Shown here: positions 27,401 through 31,126 of the stretch, in pieces
How positions within the stretch are numbered: the first letter of the stretch is position 1
Layout: each line of letters starts with the position of its first letter
Source: an uncultured virus (IMG/VR IMGVR_UViG_2799112289_000001)
Lineage: Duplodnaviria; Heunggongvirae; Uroviricota; Caudoviricetes
Reading direction: 5' to 3' (one strand)
IMG/VR virus record: IMGVR_UViG_2799112289_000001
Length of the DNA stretch: 31,126 nucleotides
Notes under the pieces: generated by a model
The model's input: only the letters and a program-made list of their open reading frames with translations
Database searches by the model: none
Told to the model about the DNA's origin: nothing
Made by a program: the position numbers and the translations under genes

Positions 27401-27519
27401 CGGGCCTATATGACGCTCCCGGCGCGGGCAACCATACCTACATCCTGCAGATTTTTTGCCCCGGCAACACCATCGGCTGGAACGAAAGCAACATCACCGC
27501 GACAGCGCTCAAGAGGTAA
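21427..27519 (+). CDS. Tail tip/host-specificity protein (gpJ-like) with modular repeat and CBM-like C-terminal region
   Basis: GAGG RBS before ATG 21427; 2030 aa; LYDIRKDS, W..SSNPA, W.AAANACD J-like motifs, then repeat blocks and beta-rich domains. Confidence 0.88.
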   Translation: MKFLILLLNVLGFWLMADAAHADPISLAITAIAQAIGSIGSIGIIGKLVLTVALNVGLSLIEKAMAKKDQPQPAGTKLEISMGDDHPMSFVIGSYATAGKRKYAGTWGDDGKTPNAYFTDVIEIGSLPNYAGERGLTSVWIDDQEVGVLWEEPHPDGRGFPVLQYRVDGKDYLWIKFLDGTQTSADPFLMAQFGANADRPWKPTMIGRGCQVVILTARYNSDLFSGIPAGLYQPHPIQLYDIRKDSSAGGNGVHRWDNPASWEPSSNPAIMIYNLARGIYYGQEWVCGGQNIAAFCLPAANWMAAANACDAGVTLDDGSAEPAFRAGYDVQCDQQPLDVVSELLKGCNGRMAEVGGIFKILISAPGGAVYSFSDDDIVVTEEQDFQPFPSLSDTYNAIEATYPEPAEKWATKDAPGRYNADLEAQDGNRRLPAQIQLPAVPFANQVQRVGLAMIQDYRRFRVQQIALPPDAYPLEPNDVVSWTSARNGYDEKKFLVVKVEPQPNFLIVVTLKEVDPADYDWHSGLQLPIATGWIGPIAPPSQPMVGWTVEPATVKDAGGIDRRPAIKISCAPDMDDVERVWVQVRLKETGDIVFDSDSTRYASPFSWVLSGQWTLSNTDYEARGRYVPKSNRATDWSAWLAVKTPNVLIQSGDVLDGAIIASKIADAAVTAEKIMDEAVSNLKLADAAVSTAKIEVAAVTAQVLADQAVISSKLADAAVTAQKLASEAIDATKFASSIEPVGIATGESLPTTKSTTTIVWNGKLYRWDGTAYVASVASTDITGQLASSQIANGAIGNPQLAALAVDASKLADGSISAAKLAAAAVDATKLASSIKAVEIVSALPSTGNVEGRFVYLTTDEKLYRYTGSAWTSAVPATDVAGQIVSTQITDGAISTPKLAAGAVIASTIAAGAVTAGAIAANAVTTGNIAAGAVTAGQIAAGAITADKMVLGDFTNRVENPNFGAGDVSWSKSTGITIVNDPANAYVGSWYMNVGVGATGLASRNSNIFPVLPGEQYFLQVFAKAVGAPNNPLTVRMRFLLADKISLVSAPTVGNYTAADTAYIERNAVITVPATAIYAWIDVTVAAGSITTGGYALGFISCQRRDTGNLIVDGAITATKIAANAVAAANIAAGAITADKLAIGSGGNFLSNSDFSAGLANWSYEYSNGPGFTVSYRTDTYAPTGGAMQIFCANNTQGIEYGVAPTIATVNSTGFTIGQVARYPCVAGQWFEFSGYYLGLNSNGLLPYMGFFDVNGAALAYPNAGILPAAQNIDPHFNLANYQRFWFKAQAPAGAVTCVAFLRHKGTLPSQANSYIFLTRLYFGEANANQSQPTPWSPSGITMVSGGNIITGAITADKIAANTITAAQIAADTITGAQIAVGAISASEIAADAITAAKLASNSVTTDALAVGSGKNLLQNAGFTMGMDCWVISFASGPIPSPIFRIRAVTETWAGPNCPTLMLSYGAPSGNNYYSDVQWLRPDAPTLPNSLKYGVPCAPGDWFEVSAYVSAHRCLVELRLQWIGSDGLAVGYSTANQNNGIAGSPTNPDLWTRLRCVGAAPANAVAVAIHVRKWETIAGQTDSYMFLNKPMLCRCPANASEFTPWSDGGVVMITNGGIVADAITADKIATNAVTADAIAANAVTAGKIAAGAVTATTIAAATITGDKLAANTIGASQIAADAITAKQLVLTDFSNMADNGWQAGSIDGWTTQNKQNFYLDNGQGDASGYLLQSLGRDCAYSNFVAVSPGETYAFDVWVLNTDANLANVYAFARSPSGTVSPVLITGTNTKNAWVRLQGKYTVPSGITALAMDLQVNKTAGAGNSCYWSRPVMRRAVSAELIVDGAVTANKISVNSLDALTANLGAVNISSAVIGSLQVGTSNISGGAVTAVGAGRVAGTQTIGAGGTINLVSCVVNVAGDGRVVIDAMTLGQFNQNGGSQNSQPVGCNIFRDGGAIFSQTYYLGVVQTVVTSTGGSNSQTSQATYTAGLVAVSGLYDAPGAGNHTYILQIFCPGNTIGWNESNITATALKR
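23392..26990 (+). repeat. Blocks of degenerate 30-bp (10-aa, ~GAITADKIAA) coding repeats separated by unique domains
   Basis: At least six blocks near 23392-23640, 23770-23930, 24070-24270, 24760-24850, 25470-25655, 26270-26490. Confidence 0.85.
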
Positions 27520-27523
27520 CTCC

Positions 27524-27955
27524 GTGACAGCGTTAGAAGACCGAACGATTCACTACATCATCCATGGCCCGGACGGCAAAATCCGTCAGAGCGGCGACTG
27601 CGCCTTGAGCCTACTGCCGGATTATGCCGGCATCTATGGCGAGGGCTTTAAGGCTATCGAAGTGCGAGCCGACCAATACCGTCGCGATATCGACGCGCAT
27701 TGCTATGTCCTCGACGGCATCATCACCACCAAGGGCACAGCCGTTGACGTGACGGATTTCACCATCAAGGCCGATGGCACGGAGGAGGTGCGCTTTGCCG
27801 TGCCGGCCGGAACCTCGGTCATTCATGAGGGCCGGATCGTCGCCGTCGCGGACAATGTCTTCGAATTCGTCACCGATGTGCCCGGCGATCACAAATTTTC
27901 TTTCCAGTCACCGGCCGCCTATCGCGATTTCGAGGTGACGATTCATGCGGTTTGA
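27524..27955 (+). CDS. Tail fibre-associated hypothetical protein
   Basis: AAGAGG RBS before GTG 27524; G.IRQSG, IKADG.E motifs; directly after the tip gene. Confidence 0.7.
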   Translation: MTALEDRTIHYIIHGPDGKIRQSGDCALSLLPDYAGIYGEGFKAIEVRADQYRRDIDAHCYVLDGIITTKGTAVDVTDFTIKADGTEEVRFAVPAGTSVIHEGRIVAVADNVFEFVTDVPGDHKFSFQSPAAYRDFEVTIHAV

Positions 27956-28364
27956 TCATCGTGCCGACCTCAGCCAGCTCAAGACACAGATGATGGCCGA
28001 AATCGATCATCAGGTCGCCGTCGTTCGCGCCCTGTTCGTTACCCTCATACCCGGCCAGGAAGCCGTCTATTCGATCAAACGGCAAGAGGCTCTGTTGATC
28101 GTTGCCGATCTGCAGCAGGGTGCCAACGTACCCGATGGAGAGACGCCTAACCTTACTGCCGAAGCGGCCGACGATAGCGTTAGCCGTTTCGAGAAGGCCG
28201 TCGAGATCTTGACGCGAGATCAGCATTGGGCGACGGGGGCGCAGATGATCGAAAGCCGCCGCCGATCGGCAAAGGCCGCCCTCGCAGTCGCAACCACAGC
28301 CCCCGATATCCGCGCCGCCGCCGCCATCGATTGGCGGGACGTGCGCGCTTATGCCCAAACCTAA
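27945..28364 (+). CDS. Tail fibre-associated hypothetical protein
   Basis: GAGG RBS; PGQ..VY..K..EA and IE..R..AK motifs. Confidence 0.7.
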   Translation: MRFDHRADLSQLKTQMMAEIDHQVAVVRALFVTLIPGQEAVYSIKRQEALLIVADLQQGANVPDGETPNLTAEAADDSVSRFEKAVEILTRDQHWATGAQMIESRRRSAKAALAVATTAPDIRAAAAIDWRDVRAYAQT

Positions 28365-28380
28365 GCAAAAAGGACTGCCC

Positions 28381-29034
28381 ATGTATCGCATTGACAGCAT
28401 GTATGAACCGATGGTGGAGGCGCTGCTTGCAGCCCGTGCCGAGAACAAGGCCGATCGCTGGATGGCGTGCGTCGCCTTCTGGCTCGGCCGGCAGCAGATC
28501 TACAATGTCGCCGATTACTGGCTTGCGCTCGGCGCCAAGATCACTGCGGGACTGCCGGCCGCCGACAAGGATGCAGTCCTTGATCAGCTCAGCAAGCAGG
28601 AAACGGCTTTGGTCGATGCCGCTGGCGATTGGCCGGAAACGCCGTCCAGCCTTGTTTCAGTCGTCGCCGGTTGGTCACCGGAGCCCGTTCCCGTCGATCT
28701 GCAGGCTTATGCTGCAGCCAAGCGCTACGCGGTCGAGACTGGCGGCATCGTGCTTAACGGCATGTCGGTGATGACCGATCGCCAGAGCCAGGCGCTGATC
28801 ACCGGAGCCTATGCCTACGTCCAGGCTAACCCGACCGTCACCGTGAGTTTCAAGACCCCAAGCGGCTTCGTCAATCTGGCGGCCGCTGAGGTGACCGCTG
28901 TCGCAAATGCGGTCGGCGCCCATGTGCAGGCGAGCTTCGCTGCAGAAGATGCGGTTGTCCAAGGCATCGCGGCTGGCACGATCAAGACGGCGGCGGATAT
29001 TGACGCCTTTGCGTGGTCGGCGGTTGCAGCGTAA
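28381..29034 (+). CDS. DUF4376-like tail fibre assembly-associated protein
   Basis: AAAGGA RBS; KRY..ETGGI, TDR.SQ..ITGA, HVQA.F..E motifs. Confidence 0.75.
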   Translation: MYRIDSMYEPMVEALLAARAENKADRWMACVAFWLGRQQIYNVADYWLALGAKITAGLPAADKDAVLDQLSKQETALVDAAGDWPETPSSLVSVVAGWSPEPVPVDLQAYAAAKRYAVETGGIVLNGMSVMTDRQSQALITGAYAYVQANPTVTVSFKTPSGFVNLAAAEVTAVANAVGAHVQASFAAEDAVVQGIAAGTIKTAADIDAFAWSAVAA

Positions 29035-29047
29035 GGGGAAGAACTTC

Positions 29048-29230
29048 ATGCCTACCCTTGTGAATTCTCTCAGGAAACAAAATGAGTTTCTGTAAGGTGA
29101 GGTTGAACGTTTTGCCAATGCTGTTGACGAACTTACCGAACAGGTGGCACAGGCGCGAGCGCAACAGAGGTAAAATAAGATGCTGAAGTTGCGTCTGAGA
29201 GGCCAGGAATGGGCCCCGTCGGTGAAGTAA
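29048..29230 (+). pseudogene. Possible decayed coiled-coil gene
   Basis: AAGGGGAAG RBS then MPTLVNSLRKQNEFL*GEVERFANAVDELTEQVAQARAQQR*NKMLKLRL... Confidence 0.35.
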
Positions 29231-29430
29231 CGATGATCTCGCCGGGCGGTGAAGCCGTACAGAGTGGTCTCTGCGAAGTTGCAGAAACGTGACCCCCCAG
29301 TTGGAATAAAAGAGCCTAAAAGTTTCCGTCCGCTATGGAGGAACTAGGCGGCTAGATTGCCAGTATTGAGGAAGATCCAAGCGATCTTCAGAGCTCTGTC
29401 GCCGAATCTACAACAGCCAAAGGACCATTC

Positions 29431-30063
29431 ATGGATCGCGCGAAATTCTTCGCGGCGGTGCGTTTGCCGTTGTTCGGCGGGCGGCTGTCGCAAAATCAGG
29501 TGAACGGCATCGAGGCCATCCTCGACAGCTGGGAGGCGAGCCCCTTCGATGTGCGCTGGCTCTCCTACATGCTGGCGACGACCTATCACGAAAGCGACAA
29601 CACGATGTGCGCCATTGTGGAAAATCTCAACTACTCTGCCGCGGGCCTCAAAGCGATATTTCCGAAATGCTTCACGGCAGCGCAAGCGGCGACCTATGCC
29701 CGTCAGCCGCAACGCATAGCGAATCGCGCCTATGCGAACCGCATGGGCAATGGCGACGAGGCAAGTGGCGATGGCTGGCGCTATCGTGGGCGGGGTCTGG
29801 TGCAGATTACCGGTCACGACAACTATGAAAAATATGGCATTGCTGATGAACCCGACCTGGCACTCGATCCGGCCAAGGCTGTCGAGATCTTGCGCGACGG
29901 CATGATCAATGGCCGATTCACCGGCAGAAGGCTGGCCGACTGCTTCGGCGCGACAGTGACCGACTGGATCGGCGCTCGCAAAATCATCAACGGCACTGAT
30001 CGGGCCGCGGACATTGCAGGCTATGCCAAGTCCTTCGCCGCAGCGATCGAAGCAGCGCGTTAA
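29431..30063 (+). CDS. Endolysin, glycoside hydrolase family 19 (chitinase-like)
   Basis: YMLAT.YHES, ENLNYSA, GDGWRYRGRGLVQITG..NY, ARKIING motifs; AAAGGA RBS. Confidence 0.92.
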   Translation: MDRAKFFAAVRLPLFGGRLSQNQVNGIEAILDSWEASPFDVRWLSYMLATTYHESDNTMCAIVENLNYSAAGLKAIFPKCFTAAQAATYARQPQRIANRAYANRMGNGDEASGDGWRYRGRGLVQITGHDNYEKYGIADEPDLALDPAKAVEILRDGMINGRFTGRRLADCFGATVTDWIGARKIINGTDRAADIAGYAKSFAAAIEAAR

Positions 30064-30126
30064 TCGGCATCGCCGGACCGCGACAGCACAACACAATCAT
30101 TTTCCCTTTAGCAAAAGGATTATCAC

Positions 30127-30444
30127 ATGCGCGCTCTGCTCTTTGCGGCGGCGGCCGGGTTTGCTTTGTCCGGTTGTCAGACTGCATCGCTCAATAGCTC
30201 GATCCAGCAAAGTCTTCAGAAGGCCTGTCAAGCATTGGAAACAGCGCATGCCGCTTTCATGTCCATCGCCACGCTCGGTGCAGTCAAGCAGTCGGTCATC
30301 GACAAAGAAGCCGCGGTTTACATCGGCGTTCGAACACTTTGCGCTGACCCGGAGCACGAAACAGCAGCGGAAGTCCTGGCACAAGTGGCGCAAGCCTACG
30401 CGACAATCAATGCTGCGCTCAACATCGCCCGACAGGTACAATAA
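30127..30444 (+). CDS. Lysis-cassette lipoprotein (possible spanin)
   Basis: Lipobox LSG-C at residue 17, helical body; directly after endolysin. Confidence 0.7.
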   Translation: MRALLFAAAAGFALSGCQTASLNSSIQQSLQKACQALETAHAAFMSIATLGAVKQSVIDKEAAVYIGVRTLCADPEHETAAEVLAQVAQAYATINAALNIARQVQ

Positions 30445-30471
30445 ATTTCACCTTTTCATAAAGGAAACCTT

Positions 30472-30723
30472 ATGTTGAATACCAATGCTCTGCACAATGC
30501 TTTGAATATACTGATCACGTTGTCGGCGTTGTTGGTCGCCATTCTGCTGGCGACGGGCTGCACGCAGCTTGGCGACGGCACACTGGAATGTTCGCAATCC
30601 CTTATCGGTCCGAGTTTCACGGCCTATGTCGTTGCCGCCCTCGGGGCGCTCAAGATGGTAATCAATATTACCCGCGACGGGCTTCCCGGCTTGGTGAAGC
30701 CTCAGCCGCCAGTCGTTAAATGA
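30472..30723 (+). CDS. Two-TM membrane protein (holin/antiholin-like)
   Basis: AAGGA RBS; two hydrophobic helices around a Cys-x9-Cys loop; lysis cassette context. Confidence 0.65.
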   Translation: MLNTNALHNALNILITLSALLVAILLATGCTQLGDGTLECSQSLIGPSFTAYVVAALGALKMVINITRDGLPGLVKPQPPVVK

Positions 30724-30796
30724 GAGCGGCCTCCTTGGCTATCTTAGTTGGAAGGAAGCCGTAGATTCTCATTTCAAGATCTTGCAGAGACAGGTC

Positions 30797-31126
30797 ATGA
30801 CGGTCAACGAATTTCTCGATGCGTTAGGCATCAAGGTCGGTGTTGTCATCGCTGGCCTCTCCGGCGGCATTTTGCGCGGCCTATCTCGTCGTCGATACAC
30901 CACGCGAGAAATCGTCGCATCACCCATCTGCGGGGCGCTGGCGGCGGCTTATTTGACAGAGCCGGCGCTTTACTATCTGCGTGCCGTCAATTGGCCATTG
31001 CCGCAAAAAGACGTTGCGGCCATGAATGCCACGGCCTTCGTGGTCGGTGTCTGCGCCATGTGGATCGCCGACTTGATTTTCGATTCGATTTCGCGGTGGA
31101 TCAGAGGCGGAAGGGCCGTGCCCTGA
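30797..31126 (+). CDS. Putative holin (three TM segments)
   Basis: Three hydrophobic segments, IAG..GG motif, basic C-terminus. Confidence 0.65.
   Translation: MTVNEFLDALGIKVGVVIAGLSGGILRGLSRRRYTTREIVASPICGALAAAYLTEPALYYLRAVNWPLPQKDVAAMNATAFVVGVCAMWIADLIFDSISRWIRGGRAVP

Larger units (their letters stand above)
1257..31126. mobile_element. Siphovirus-derived element with complete head/tail/lysis modules but no visible integrase or replication module (defective/domesticated prophage, GTA-like candidate)
   Basis: Contiguous repressor, early, packaging, head, tail and lysis gene order; right boundary lies at or beyond the window end. Confidence 0.9.

Noticed and set aside
6261..27519. Canonical RcGTA-family head-tail cluster
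   Set aside because: The head module families differ, the tape measure is long (883 aa), and repressor and lysis genes are linked in one locus.
6261..29034. Classical tailocin (R- or F-type) or contractile injection system
   Set aside because: Terminase, portal and capsid genes are intact, and there are no sheath or contractile baseplate genes.

Overview
GC-rich, probably alphaproteobacterial (Rhizobiaceae-like, by inference) window. Two host-type genes (1-1090) are followed by a ~30 kb siphovirus-derived element that runs to the window end. Its morphogenesis and lysis genes appear intact: TerS/TerL, DUF1073-type portal, DUF2213 protease/scaffold, decoration protein, major capsid, connectors, tail tube, frameshifted chaperones, tape measure, tail tip, a ~2000-aa modular tip/fibre, GH19 endolysin and holin-like genes. 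The early region is reduced to a cleavable CI-like repressor with five ACA-N7-TGT operator-like boxes, six small hypothetical genes and a putative late regulator. I see no integrase, excisionase, Cro, replication or recombination gene. The best reading (inference) is a domesticated, non-replicating but inducible particle producer: a candidate gene transfer agent unlike RcGTA, or a PBSX-like killer particle. Other notable points are a low-GC cassette of two antisense paralogous envelope proteins plus most of the tape measure gene, a decayed copy of the late-regulator 3' end upstream of terS, and an A-B-B-A domain array in the tip protein. All family calls come from motif recognition by eye; no database searches were run.
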